A stretch of DNA of 64,000 nt, taken from assembly GCA_036172245.1 (NCBI GenBank), contig JAYWIR010000033.1:1054001-1118000 (forward strand), written 5' to 3'. The position numbers and the translations under genes were made by a program. This document shows positions 27,901 to 40,899 of the stretch, piece after piece. The notes beneath the pieces were generated by a model that had not been told where the DNA came from, searched no databases, and saw only the letters and a program-made list of their open reading frames with translations. The DNA is from Raillietiella orientalis (taxonomy: Eukaryota). Each line of letters opens with the position of its first letter. Within the stretch, counting starts at the first letter, position 1.

Positions 27901-28610
27901 GAAGCAGACGGCGCCGAGTTTCCGGAGGGGTTGCACCTCCGAACTGTTCCGGGTGCGGGTAGACGGAGTCGATCCCGCCGCAGGTGCTTCTGGACTGCGC
28001 TGCCCTCCAAGGACTGTGGCGGAGGCTGGCAGCAGCACTCCTGCACTAAGGGGACACCGCTCGAGATGGACTGCGGCGGTCCTACGCGCCGAGAGGCCTC
28101 TCGACGGGCGCTGCAATCGCAGCCAAGGGTTGCATCCGCGCCGTCGTTGAGGTTCGACAGATGCTGGAAACCGCCGCTCAGCGAAGGGAGGTCACCAGGA
28201 TGGCAGCCACGTACATGAGGGCGGCTGCAAGGGGGCCTCACCTGGAAGACGATGCCAAGGAGGAGATCACCGGCATACAGCGCCGGTCGGTGGGTCGTTC
28301 GGAACGGCCGGTTCTGGTGACCTCTGTCCCCTCCCTTTATTGTTTCTTTTTTCATATTCCCCACCCCCTTTCGCTCCACGACTTTCCTGGCGCTTTTCGT
28401 TTTTATCCTAGTGAATACGGAGCGAGACCAAAGGTCCCTCCCCCTTCCCCCCCATTTTGTTTGTTTTCTGCTGCCGTTCCGGACTCTCTGTTGTCCCGAC
28501 CTGCGTGCCGATGAACCCCCCCTTTGTTTCTTGCTGCCTTCGGTTGGGAAGTTTGTTCCCAACTGGTTTATCTTTTATGAAAGAAACGCCTCGGCGTGAC
28601 CGGGTGAAAA
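24930..28610 (+). mobile_element. Near-full-length decayed non-LTR retrotransposon ORF2 (APE endonuclease, reverse transcriptase, CCHC finger) plus 3' UTR; L1/Tx1-like
   Basis: Motifs are collinear across frameshifts: weak APE-like VNVTGACAP (~25170); RT VAVDLHTAFDCVNQE, RGIRQGDSLSPLLF and CAED in place of YADD (ORF 26457-26912); VNRSKS; FKYLGV (~26950); FTLPKRAVI*NTFVIP; VPRRNARSGIP; NCSGCG*TES..LLDCAALQGLW (~27940-28020). A pyrimidine-rich 3' UTR starts at ~28320. Confidence 0.85.
26457..26912 (+). pseudogene. Reverse transcriptase core fragment (non-LTR type), catalytic YADD degenerated to CAED
   Basis: The ORF track translation contains DLHTAFD and RGIRQGDSLSPLLF, and frameshifts before NxxKS/KYLG. 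Confidence 0.9.
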
Positions 28611-29157
28611 ACTTCCAGCGCGAGCGCCTCCCTTCGGAAGCTGCCGTCGGTCGTGATCAGTGTCAAGAGCCTGCTAGCTGGAAACCGGTTTGGGGCATAA
28701 AAAAGCGAAGATGCTTGAATTAAGGAATTTTTGGTTTGACAGGAAATTGGGAAGGAACGGCCAAAGAAATTTTTTTTTCCTCTCCGCTCTCGGATTCGAA
28801 TCGCCGCCGCTGCGGATTCTCACTTGCGCTACGGGGAAGCGCTCTCCTGCAGTTTCCGCGAGTTCGGTACTGGATGCGACTGGGCGGGATTGCGAAGGCT
28901 CAGAAGATTTTCTCCGACTTCCTTCGACTCCCTCGGACCTGATGGGGGAACGCTGCTCCCCCGTTTTCAAGCGCGGTGAGGCGTTTACCCATCTCTCGAG
29001 CGAAAAGATGCAGCCTCTCGAGCAAAAATCGTTCTGGAAAATCGAGGAAATGCCATCACGAGTACTTTGTATTTGCGTGCGTGAGGGGGGGAGGATACAC
29101 GCGCGCAAATCACGTCACGTCACGTACACAGAACTAAATGTACGGCAGCAGCAGCAG

Positions 29158-29165
<8 letters not shown>

Positions 29166-29201
<36 letters not shown>
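29166..29201. repeat. (AT)n microsatellite
   Basis: Directly visible. Confidence 0.95.
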
Positions 29202-29203
<2 letters not shown>

Positions 29204-31759
29204 TAATGACCGGCGTGTGTACACGCCAGATGGTTTATGACTGTACCGTGCTCAGTACGCGCTGCAGCGTGCATTCGTCTGGGATGCAAGAAGAAAAAAA
29301 AAAAAAATCTCGAATGTGGATTGATTCGGTGGAAGGTGAAAATGCGAGATGCGGAAATTTAGTGGGCACCAAGAGAGGGGGGAAAAATTTCAAACACAGT
29401 TTCCAGAAAGAAAAAAAAAATGCAAGAGTGTTTTTCGGAAGCGTGAGATGATTTGCTTGGAACTGACCATATTCGCGACGCAGGAACGAGTGCCGTGGTA
29501 GGTCGAACGGGAGAGCTGACTTGAGGGCGCTTGGCATGCTGGCCACAGCGCCCGAATGGGTCCGCGGGCGCGAGCAGAAAGGAAGGATATAAGTGGTAAG
29601 CTGCTCTGTGGTGGTAAGCTTTCTGCGCGCGATGGAACCGCGGTGGACGGGGTGTTGGCTTCGATCCATCCCCACCAAGTGACCATATTCGAGAGTGACC
29701 GATGGGGAGAGACGTGGGTCGCGCACCTTCCTCATGAACCTGGTCGTCGTCCGGACGACGAGGAGGGTGCATGCAGGGCGCCTCTCCAGCCGAGATGCCC
29801 AACGGACGGCGAAGGAAAACACTCCGTGGTACACACCGCGTACTCACCGCCGATGCAAAGCTCATTACCTGCGGTGTTTATTGTTTCAAACTTGAACTTT
29901 GGAAACACCGCTGGCCTGTGGCCAAGGAAATACACGCACGGTGAAGCAAGAAAGCCAAAACAACAACAAAAATTGATACTGGGGATGTTGTGGATCAGAA
30001 ACATTGATATTCATCCCATGGTAATTCCCCACATGGGGGAAAAAAAAAAAAAAAAAAAATTCCAAGACAGTGTCGATCTTCTCTGCCGTAGATTCCGAGT
30101 TATTCAGAGGGACTATTGGAACAGTCACGAAAGAAAAAAAAAATATTGGAGAAACATTAAAAAACGAAAAAAAGACAGAGGAATATTTGCACCTTCCAGC
30201 CAGAGGAAAGAATGCGTACAGAGGAACCAAAAAGTGGCTTCAAAAGACTATGACTCCATTAGAAAAACCAACCCATGACAAGAAAGCTTCAGATACAGCT
30301 GTGCATTCCAAACCAAAGACATTCCAATCCAGTGCGGCACCAGAAGCACTCATTCACACGAAGAGAGGACACCTAAATTCAAAGATGAGCAATGCAGTCC
30401 AGGTTTCATCATCAAAGATCCTCCATCATCAAGAGAGTCTTTTCTGACTTGAGGACGTTGCACTCGGGATCTACCAACGCCAAGGGAAATACCCAAAGAT
30501 GGCTGGTCAGCGAAGGGTTCCAGAAGCCATCAACACAAGCAGTCAGAAAGATTAGGCATCGACACAAGCAGCTGCAGGGAACACTCCTCCCTACCCCAAC
30601 TCATACGGGCTAAAAGGAAAGCGTCATCATTGTCAAAAACAGGTCATCGAACAGACGCCAGGGGAAGGAAACCAGAAGTCTGAGTGAAAGGACGGTTAGA
30701 AAAGACTGGACCGAGAACGTCGCAGCATGGATGAAGGCTACGACGAAGATCGCAATCCTCTGGAATGAGTGAGGAGTGCACTAAGAGGAAGGAAGAGCAA
30801 CTAGAAATGAACGGCGAAGGCTGTTCTCAGGGGAATCGTGCACGTCGTCCGCAGACCTCTTCAGCAAGGTACAGATGACAAAGGATGTTATCATCCGAGG
30901 GGGCCGGATCAGATTGTGGCATGTGCTTGGGAGGTCCAAACAGAATGGTTGCTAAGTGATTAACGTCGAAGAACCACGCTTTCCACGGCGAAGGGGCTTT
31001 CCATGCTGCGGAGGCGCAGTGCCAATTTTGGGACGTGGGTTTGGTGCAACAGGGGCCTTCGATCGCCGCCGCTGGGATCGAAAAGGTGGCTACCCAATGC
31101 CGACACGTAAGGAAGCCGAATAAACCGACACACACGCACACACAAACAAATGGTACGAGGGAAGGAGACCAATGGCCGCCGACCAATCCGAACTGGTGGA
31201 GTTCGCGCTCGTAGTCTGGATGACACATTTCAGACCACCCCTGAACATCAGGAAGATCGGTGGTGCTGCTCAACAAATCATATCAGCCGTTCCCGGGCGA
31301 CTGCTTTCTCCTCAAAGGAAACGTTCGTGTGGGTGTGTGGGGTGCTTCCGCTTTCGGAAAACACACGCGACTCCTCCCGCGGCTTGCGAAAATGCTTCCT
31401 CCCAACGCCCAACGTGCGCACATTGCGCAGGAGAAAGTCCGCGGCAGTGAATCCAACGCCTCCCGGGGCCCGCGGCTGGCTGAAACCGTGGGTATCTTCT
31501 CCACCCCTCCAAAAGGGGTGCGCCCCCTACCCGGCCGCGGAAATCCATCCAGCCCTCCAGGCCTACACGACACGTGATCACTCGACGTCCTCGTTATGGG
31601 CTATCGGCGCCGCCTGCGTGGCTTAGCGTCGAGATGCAGGCTCCTGCTGTGATGGTACGGTTTGCTGGTCGCGGAGTGGACGCTTGAAAGGCTCGCATCC
31701 CTGGGGTTTCAGTAAGACGCAAACCGGAATGGGAAATGGGGGACGCCATACTTGCGTGC

Positions 31760-32230
31760 ATCCTCCCTCAAGTTCCCGATTTCCGGTGAGGTGGATTGGA
31801 AGCTGCCTACTTGAGGCGAGTCTTCTAACCCTTTCTGACCTCCAGCTGCTGCGTGCTCGGCCTCCATGCTTCTGAAGTGGTCGAGCAATCTCCGAGTTCC
31901 CCGCCACTTAACTCTTCTGTTCTTTTGCTGCCACTTCACGCCGCAAGCCGTCTCAAGAGAAAGAGTAGAGGGAGATGGGGTTCTGCCATTCGCCGAGTGG
32001 GGGCGGAGTCCTCAAAACCTCAGGTCGAATGGCTTCTTGCTCCTCCGAAGAGATCCAAGAAATCTGCATCTCTGCTCGCTGGACTCGCTGTCGACTCCAA
32101 ACGAGTTTCAAACGTCTTCCGGAAAGAGCTCTGGCTGCAGGCTCGTTGCGGAACGGACAAAGTTCCGAACTTCGGAGTCTCTGGGTGGTTCTCCTCTCTC
32201 CCTTGATAGCGAGGGGAAGGTGTTTCCTCC
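31760..32230 (+). mobile_element. L1/Tx1-like ORF2 3' fragment
   Basis: LLKWSSNLRVP resembles LLRWSDLLGVP of other copies, and the end gctcgttgcggaacgg resembles 28293-28307. Confidence 0.4.
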
Positions 32231-32299
32231 TCCGCTTCACCCTGAGCCAGTCGCTAGGAGCGTTCGGCAGGAGACAGCATCTGTGTGAGGGCTCTCTCC

Positions 32300-32880
32300 C
32301 CCCCCCCCCCCCCGAAGAGCCGCCTCGATGGCTGCTGCGTTTCCGAAGGGGCTAGGAACGAAGCCAACCAAAAAGAGGGAACCCCTTCAAGAAACTCGGC
32401 GAAACTTCCCGCAACTTTCCGACGCGCCACCTCGCTCAGGTGGTGCGATGGAATTCTCCAGGTCGCTGCCCTTGTCGCAGGTTCTTTTCCTGGCAGAATT
32501 CCGAAGCCCCAGCTGGGCTTTTTCTCTTCACCCGGATGCAGTTTCATCGGAAGCAGGAAGAACGCGCGCGCGCCGATGCCCTTCTCTGCATAACTCTCTC
32601 CCAGTTCATAGTTCGCGCGATTCGGACGATTGCTGCTTTGCTCTGCCTGCGGCTGCTGCCGCTCTGGGAGACAGCTCTGTGCTGCCGTCATGTGTGGGTG
32701 TTCTTCTCGTGGGTGAGATACTCGGCTAGCAAGCCATCGGCCCTTTTCGATTTGGGCAAGAATCTGGTGCTGGAGTAGGGCTTCATGAATTCTGGGTAAA
32801 CGGTCCGTTTCCAGACCAACAGGAGCGAGACCACGGTAAGGAAAGGGGTCTGACAGGTCAGGTCTCAAAGGCAGCAAGAA
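32300..32880 (-). mobile_element. LINE ORF2 post-RT fragment
   Basis: ORF 32254..32877(-) contains PSWGFGILP (P..GGLG.P-like) and GVPSFW. Confidence 0.3.
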
Positions 32881-34369
32881 AGTACGGAAAGAAACCGAGC
32901 TGCGCCGCTGCTTTTTGCTCCTGAGATTCTTATCCGGGACTGCTCACTGATCACAAAGACGGAGCCGCGCTCTTCGAACCTCAGTTTACCGCGGAGCAGC
33001 AGAGCCTTTGAAAAGACAGCTGAGTGGTCCGCCGCGCAAAGTCTCGTAAAGGTGAGGACCCAGAAAAAACTCGCTGCTCGCCATCGAGGCACCGCCGATA
33101 CAGTTGAGGCGACAGGTGACCAGACGCACACGAGCCAGGAAGTAACGTTGACGAGAGTCCCCCATTCCTAGCGATGGATCTTTCGCAGAGGATGCGACGC
33201 GGCGTTTCCTTGCTCAAAGGAACGCATCCTCCGGGAGGCTCGACGGTGTGGTCGTACGGTCTCGTACGAAGAAAAAAAAAAAAAAAAAAGCAATATGTGG
33301 AACCATCGCACGAGAACACGAGGCAGAGTTGTGTGCATGGCAACCCTGCCTGCACACACGGTGCTGCGCTGCACTTTCCCTGCCGCGGAGTTATTGCATG
33401 AGGCCACGCGTGACAATCGTGCACAGACGTGTTTCCCGCATCATCCAGAGGGAAGGCGCACGTGGGATCCGTGCTGAGTTCGATCGATACGTGGAATCAC
33501 GCGCGTTCACGACTTCAAACCACGTCGGTGCGCACGCGCAGGGTGCAGCCATGCATATCCAAGACGCTGCAATCGTGCAGCTATGCATGCGTGCGTATGC
33601 AACCAGCCGTAACCGTGCAACGGATGCCTTGCATTTCTAAAACGTGTACGTAACAGTGTTACGTCCGCGCTTAGAAATGTACCAATTAGTAAGAATTTCG
33701 AAGAGGGGTTTCCGTTGACCATGCGAGGAGCCTTACGACACGGGCGTGCCTCGTGCGCTCCGTCCAAAAGAAATCTCTCCCGTTCTCGGGATGAGAAATC
33801 CGGAAGTCAGGGAGTTCCATCTGCCGAACAGAGTACTTTCCCCCTCCCCTTCCCTTCGCTGCCATGGAGACGCTTTTCAAACTGGTCAGACTCTGTACGC
33901 AAGCACAGGCAGGTGGTGGCTGGCTGTGACGTCGGAGCCTCACCTCAGATCTGGAAGAGTTGCCAGGGAGACGCAAGGCGTCGAGGGCGTCCTGGTGTAA
34001 AAAAAAAAAAAAAAAAGGCTGAAGGGAAAACTTTCACATGCAAGCGGTCCGGAGCGCGTGTTGGTCTCTGGATCACAAGACATGGAACCCGAAGACGAAA
34101 AGCACATGGGAGTGGACCACTCTCGCGTGCAAGCGTGCCGGAAGCACGGGGTCGTTGGGCCAAGGAATTCGCTTTGGACTCTTGCCGAACGCCGTTCGCA
34201 TCCTCCACCTTCCCTGCGCGCGCGAACTCGTGCAATCCTCTCGCACGTGACCTTCCTCTCCCTCCTGCAGGCTTCTCAGGCTCTCGGTTCCCGTGCTGCT
34301 CAAGAAAGGGTGGAGGGGCGGCCGGTTGTGGGAGGGCGAGCCCTCGAAAGGGTGGAGGAGCGCAAGGAA

Positions 34370-35260
34370 ACTTGTCTTTGCAAAGCCCGGATCGCGCGCG
34401 TCCGGAGAAGCCAGGCAGCCGCCTCCTCGAAGTCACTTTGACGGAGGTCCCCGAGGCCGTCAGACGGATGCGGTTTCCGGAGAGATGTAACCCCCCCTTC
34501 TCTTACGTCATGGTACTTCCAAGGAAATGAGATGCAAGTTCCAGGGATTGGACGCCGTGCGTGTTCATGGAAAAGCGGCTCTTGGATACGAGGTTACGGA
34601 GGGGCGCCGAAGCACGTAGGGGGCAAGCGGGGGAGGAAGAAGGAAAGGAATCACTGTGCGGGACGCGCCTGCAACGGCGAAGAGCTGCGCTCTGCTTTCC
34701 CTCCGAAGCCGAGCGGTCCGGACGGGCTTCCGGGTGCCGGGTGCCCTTCAGCCCTCTCACTGGTCGCCGCTGCCATCCCGATGTCCAGCCGACTCGATGC
34801 CAAAGCCCCTCGGACATGACCAGCCGCTCTCTCCACGGGAAGGTGCGCCCCCCTTCTGAAGGAGCAGGAGGCCCGGCAAGAAGCGAGGATGGCTTGGGAC
34901 CAACCAACCCCTCTTCTAATTCTTGTCACGTAGTCCCTCAACTTGCAGGATCCAGGCTGTCCCTCGGCTCCGTTCCTGGAAAGTTTCGGACATCAGTATT
35001 CCGGAGGCACCAGAGGAAAGAAGACGAGGGGAGAAGGAAGGTGTTTCAAGTTGGCAGTTCCGGGGTTTTCTGGAGTCACGGGAGGCGGAAACCATCCAGC
35101 TGCTCGGACTCCTCCAAGACCTTGGGAAGGGATGCGCTGATTTGCGGTCTTCCCTGGGATAAAGTATTGCGGAGCCGGCGAGGTCGAGTGGACTGGAAAG
35201 TCCTTTCGTGCGACGGCCCCCGAAGAACGGGGGAAAGAGCGATAACAAACCCTGCCTGAC
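34370..35260 (+). pseudogene. Decayed RT N-terminal and core region of a LINE
   Basis: SYVMVLPRK*DASSRDWTPCVFMEKRLLDTRL (34501-34596) resembles I.LIPK...NWRPI..K....RL. RRRGEKEG follows later. Confidence 0.5.
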
Positions 35261-36859
35261 TAAAGAGCCGCTCTGTCCTTCTTGGTCCTGATTTTCTCTT
35301 CCCTTTCTTCGCATCTTCGCAGTCTGATCCCCGTCCTCCTCTACAAGGACGAGAACCAGACGTCAGCAACAATGCGGGAGGTTTCCTTAGGCAGCAGTAT
35401 CGATCTGGAGCCATAGGGTCACAGACCCTTTCCATCGGGGAGGGTGGGCTGCGAGCGCGAGGGATGTTGCAAACAAAGGGGTCAGTCAGGGCGTTCTACG
35501 TGACCAAGAGAGAGCACTACCTACAGGCATCGCCTCTTGGGGACCGCCGGGTCCTCCAAATGGATCGATCACACTGACCCAGAGGTCTCGAAAGGAAGCT
35601 GGCTAGGGAGAGTGGCCTCTACAGGTGGCGCTTTCGTCGCTGCCTCAGGGCTTGAGGAAACGAATGATCCTCCGCGCAGTGGCAAGCACGTCGGCATTCG
35701 GTGAAGCGGAAGAGTCCTCTGCAGAGTGTTTGAAGGGCATCGGAGGTTTGCTGGCAGACAGAGATGCGGTCTGGCCCGAGAAAGACTTCTCGACCCGTCC
35801 GTACCAATTTCGAAGGGAGCCCTCCCTTGACCATGCCAGGGATCATCCGAGGCTGGCGCACCTCGTGTGCTGGCGTGGCACCTGGTGCGTTCCGTCTGGG
35901 AAAAAAAAAAAAAAAATCCCACCCCTTCTGCTGGTGATCCTCTCATGCTCTGGTGGCTTGTGCGATCCACAGATAACGGAAGCTGCCATCTCTGGAAGAG
36001 ATTTCGAATTCAGTTTCGAGCAAGAGGGACATTATCGATCGCCAAAAAAACGTCCGAGGCGGGCCGTGCGGCTGCATGGGAGTGGCGTGGTCCAGCAGGA
36101 GATGGTCGCGGGCGGGAAGCACTGCTCCCGCGGAACAGGGTGGTCTGGGGGAGCAGTGATGCTCGAGGGGCAGCCCTTCTGTTGCTTTCGCACCGTACGC
36201 AGGGAAGTCGCTCACGAAGAAGGCGTGCCGCGAGGATCAGTAGTTGAGCAACCAGACGGTAGATGGGGACCAAGTCCAGCGAGCTGCAGGCCTCCCGGGC
36301 TGCAGCACAGCCTAGAGATTATCGTTTTCGGAGCGCTTCGCCGTCTACACGAACAGACAATTGCCTGCGGGAAACGAAAAGGAAAGATCAACCGTTGCTT
36401 CTGGCTTCAAGCCACAGCATCCAGCCACCGGGGATCTCTTTTCCTGATGGGACGGTGTGGACAGTTTTCTGGCTGTTCACCCTCTCAAAGACTCAAAGGC
36501 CTTCCCACACGAACGCAAGAAGAGGTCAGACAACAGCAGCAGCAACAACAACAAAATTCAGTACTTTTTCTTGGAGATTTTCTCAGAGATCAGCTGCCTG
36601 TTCCATCTCAAATTCAGTGCATCGATTTGCTGAGGAAGAGGCGTCAAAGGGGTGACGCCACGGCGGCTCTGAGCTTCAACCCTCGTTCTCAGTCCCGCTT
36701 CCCAACAGCTTCCATTTTGTCCTTGAAGCATCTCTTATCCACATCTCGTCATTTGAAGTCGGGTTTTGCTGGGAGAGTGGGTCTTTGAGCAAATTTCTCT
36801 TCAGCGTTCTCCTGCCACGGAACGGTGAGGACACATGTTCAGGATGCTTTCAATGCGGG

Positions 36860-37110
36860 AGGTGGCCCACCCGATGCTCCCAGTGCATCAGGTGGGAGCG
36901 TCTCCGGGTATGGCCATAGACCGTTTCCCTCCACGGGCAATCCAGGCGCGTCCCCTGGGCAAGGAGGGACTTCAGCTCCTTGGAGAGTCTGTCGTCGGGC
37001 TGGTCCTATGTGCAGGAGAGCACGCACGCATCCAGGTGAATGCACTCTCCCGAGAAGCGATCGCGTTGAAATCTGTTCCACCTGAAAAGCCGGAAGCAGC
37101 AGAGCGTCCA
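36860..37110 (-). pseudogene. Possible APE endonuclease fragment
   Basis: GGTDFNAI (GGDFN-like) followed by FTW in ORF 36972..37169(-). Confidence 0.3.
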
Positions 37111-38439
37111 TCCCCCCTCCGGGTATGCGCATGCGCGTGAGCACTGTGCGAACACACGTGGTCGTGCACTCATACCTGCGCCCGCAAATTGCGCGCGGAG
37201 TTACCGACACGCAGATACGTACACATCTATGTGTTTACAAGATGGCATCTTCCATGAATGAGTGAGTGTTCGCGTCACGTGCGTACCCCTGAAGGTGGCG
37301 TGCACATTTGCAAACCTGAGGGCTTCGCAGATCTGCGGGGCGCATGTAAAAGGCGTGCGTATACACGAAATGTATACAAATAAAGGTGAATGTGCAGCAC
37401 ACGCTTATCGACCGCAACACACGTGGGGAAATGGTTCGTGTTTCAAGCTGAAAGCTGTAGAAAATAGCCTCGACTTCATGCCACTTCATGCCGTTTGAAA
37501 GAAAAGTGAAGGGAGGGGGATTGGACATTTCTGTCCTTTCTTGTGCCATTTGGTCAAACCATCCACTTTTTCCAGGTCAGACAACAGATGGCGTATATTT
37601 GTTTCAACGGCAACCCTTACAGGCAGGCACAGAACAAGAAAGGAAGATTCTCTTCCATGTGCTGATGACGTCACTGTAACCATCTCCACTTTTGTGCCTT
37701 TAGTAGGGACCACCGCCTTTTGGGCTCCGTAATTAGAGGCTGACTAGGCCTCCCTCACATCTGATCAGCAACGTCTGTCCTATTCAGGATGTGGCGATAC
37801 GTTCTCCCACAGTTCTTCACGCCCAACTCCTTCTAAACCATCCCCTTCAGGATTTGGAGACTGTCGCTGGATTTTTCTGTTGCTTCGGTTTGGCCTTTCT
37901 TGTCACGACGCTCGTGATGAAGAGGACAACTGCTCTCTTCACCATGGGGAACCTACGCGACCGTCCCTCAGAGGCGACCTCGTGAAGATTTCCGTCCTTG
38001 TGCTGACCCGCCGCCGCCTTCAAGCGCTCTCCAGTCTCGGCTTAGGGCTGTGCGGGTAAACACGTGAAGCAGGGTTTCTTACAGAATTCATCTTGAATGT
38101 TCTCAGTCCAGTAGTCAATCCCTCGATCCACTCAGGACTCCTCCTTGGCAAAACATAAGGAGGTCGTCCTGACTATTCGGTGGCAGGTCGCTGCTCCAGG
38201 CTGTTGTTCCTACCGCTTTCACCTTCACCTTTCGGATCTTGAAACGACTGATTCGCTCCCGGTCGCGCCGGGATGTTTATTTCGTTTTTTATTTAGAAAA
38301 CCGTTGTCAGGACGACGACGATTATGTAAATAAACTCCATATCAGGAGACCAGTGTCCCCCAAATATAAAAATGTTCCAAAGGCAAAAACAGTTCATTGG
38401 GGATGACCACCGGCACGTAGGCCGGCTTTTATGGAAGTC

Positions 38440-39480
38440 CGGGAGGGAGAGGACAAGAGATGAAGGAGGAGCAAGAGACGGGAGAGTGGGGACAGGGGTC
38501 TTTGGTGTGACACGTTCCGTGGTTCTTGAAACCAGCTCTGTGTGGTGGTTATCTCACTGATGACCTCTTCTGGCCGGTGAGGTCACCTTGCAGCCAGTCT
38601 CGCTAAGGCGTCTGCCATGCTAATGGGCTCCCTTCTGTGCAAAAGAGACTCCAACACAACACCGAATGAAGGGACCGTCACCATGGTGCGGATGCAACAG
38701 ACCGTTGCGATCGCAGCGCCCGTCGTCAGTCCGCCTAGAGTGAAGAGGCGCTGCAGCAAGTGCGAAGCGGGGGGAGTCCTGCGGTCGACGGAGTGTCGAA
38801 GGGAATCTCCACCACATGTCCTCCAGAGTAGCGCAGTCCAGCCTGGAACAGTTGGAGGAGGCAAATTCCCCGGAGAGAAGGCGCATGGACTGCTTGCACC
38901 GAAAGCGCCAGTGGGGGAACAGCAGAACGTCCGGTTGCCACCGTAGGGGTAGCACCGTAGTGACCACACGCGGGGGAGGGATCGCGTGTTCTTCAGGAGG
39001 CACACACAAAGCAGGTCACTCCATTGAAGGAGTTCCTTCGCCTGGAAACGAGGAGTAACACCGTCCACCAATCTCTCGTCTTGCAGCCGCCGAGGAGTTT
39101 CTCGACTCTCGCAATTCTGCAAAAGTCCTATCCCTGCGGCTGGCTGCTGTCGTCGTTTGCCCTGAGGGAGGACAGTACTGCGGCGAGGGGTGCGACAGCA
39201 ATCCGAGAGCAATGTGTGGGTTCCTGCAGGATTGCATAGGAGCTTCTTCCTCTGGGCGCACTTCCAGAGCGGCAATCCAGGACTCCAGTGCCTCCTGCCT
39301 CCAGGCGTCCCAATTTTTTGGCAGGCAGGAGAACCACGAGCGAACTTCCAACAGTGAGCTTGTCGTGATGCACCAACAAAATCCAGTTCGCCTATGGCGG
39401 GGGGAATTCTCTTCACCCCGTCCGCCATCAATCTCGACCCATTTGTCTCCTCCAGCCAGCAGGAGGAGCACAGTTCCAGA
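38440..39480 (-). mobile_element. 3' half of L1/Tx1-like ORF2 and start of 3' UTR
   Basis: WDAWRQEALESWIAALEV, APLAAVLSSLRANDDS, LLQWSDLL and AAIATVCCIRT. Closely parallels 12450-13120(-) at DNA level. GACCCCTGTCCCC at ~38500-38488. Confidence 0.75.
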
Positions 39481-39544
39481 GGGGAACTTCATCCCGTGGG
39501 TGGGTGCCAGTCTCGCTTGGGAGAGTGTTGCACATGACAACGCA

Positions 39545-40380
39545 ACGTTTCTCTCCTGGTGAGCTCCGCCGCCTTGTAGGGATCTCCGTCAAGTCGCCTT
39601 CCGTACGATCCCACTGAAGTCATCCCCATCGGTGGAGACGCTCGCTTAGTAACAAAAGGGAGAGCCGGCACTTCCTGCTCCTTGAGATGACTCGCACGGG
39701 AGCTGCCGCGGACCATTCGCAAGCAGCCCCCAGAGAGATCGCAGTTTCCGTCTCCCCGGAGCATCGGGTGTGGTCGTGGTTCGGAATCTGCTGGCGGGAT
39801 CGGCTGGTTCCAAGCCACCAGCCTCCAGGTTTTCCTGGGTAACCTTCCTGACCCTGGCAACGAGCCCACCATACCACTCGACAGCTGTATTCGAGTTGCC
39901 GGTGAAGTGGCTAAGGATGTGGTTGAGGGACTCCTCGTATCCCTTGCCCATCCTGCACATGCAGTCGTCACAGAGTCCATTGGGTGTTGCTTGCGCAGGC
40001 GGTACGTTTAAACCCTCGTGCATGAATCTGTGAGTTTCAAGTGTTACCTATTTAGCATAAACAGTGTTGACGCAGGGGGCAAGACGTCCGGACCAGGACA
40101 TGGTCATCCCTTGATCAGGATGCTTCGGAATGATGGAAATTCCTCGAGTCTCGATCGTCTGCTGGCTGCCATTCACAATTCCTCCGCATCTTCAAATGGG
40201 ATCTTCGGCTCGCTCTCTTCCATTGATTCAGGTCACCCTTTCCGAGGCGGACTTTGGCGAGCCCACTGTGCAGGTGCCCTTGGAGTCGCTACTAGACCCT
40301 TCTGATTTCTCTTGGGCGTATCCTGGCACTCACAGTGCCCAGATTTTCAGCAGGCGTTTCATGTGAACTTTCCAGGATGC
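39545..40380 (-). mobile_element. 3' fragment of RLE-type (NeSL/Utopia-like) retrotransposon
   Basis: ORF 39646-40023(-) reads HEGLNVPP..CMCRMGKGYEESLNHILSH..LVARVRK. A downstream SVGSYGR resembles the VG.xGxW motif. Confidence 0.7.
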
Positions 40381-40419
40381 TCTGAAAAGCTGCTAACATT
40401 GTCTCCTATAGGTAAATTT

Positions 40420-40812
40420 CGAGTCGACCTAACCTGCCTACCTGACCATCTCACCTAATATAACTTTCTTAACCTCACTTCATCCTTACCTAACCTAACT
40501 TTACTTCACCTCACCTCAATTACCACACCTTACCTAAATCTAACCTAACCCTATCTATTTTACCTGACCACCTTTCCTATCTACTTGACCACCTCACCTC
40601 ACTTAACCACTACACCCCATCTCGCCTAATCATTTCTACCTGTCTGTCTACCAAATAACTGCCTGCCTACCCAACTTAATCGAAATTCACCCAACCTCAC
40701 CGCAACTCAACTAACCTAACCTAACTTCACCCCACCTAGCACCTCACTCAACCTAATCTCACCTGACCTCACCTGACCTCAACTAACCTCATCTAACCTT
40801 ACCTAACCTGCA
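40420..40812. repeat. Degenerate pentanucleotide (CTAAC/CTCAC/CTTAC; TTAGG-like on the minus strand) tandem array
   Basis: Runs such as aactaacctaacctaacttcacc and acctgacctcacctgacctcaactaacc, with almost no G on the + strand. Confidence 0.85.
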
Positions 40813-40899
40813 TACGTCCCTGCCTTACGAGGACTCCTCTCACACCTCCAGTGTCTCTGAGGAGTTGAGCAATTTTTCCCCACGGCATCCCGAAAACGA

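Noticed and set aside
35625..36788. 387-aa ORF as a host gene
   Set aside because: It crosses poly-A and CAG/CAA tracts, has no recognisable domain and lies among LINE relics. Probably a chance open frame.
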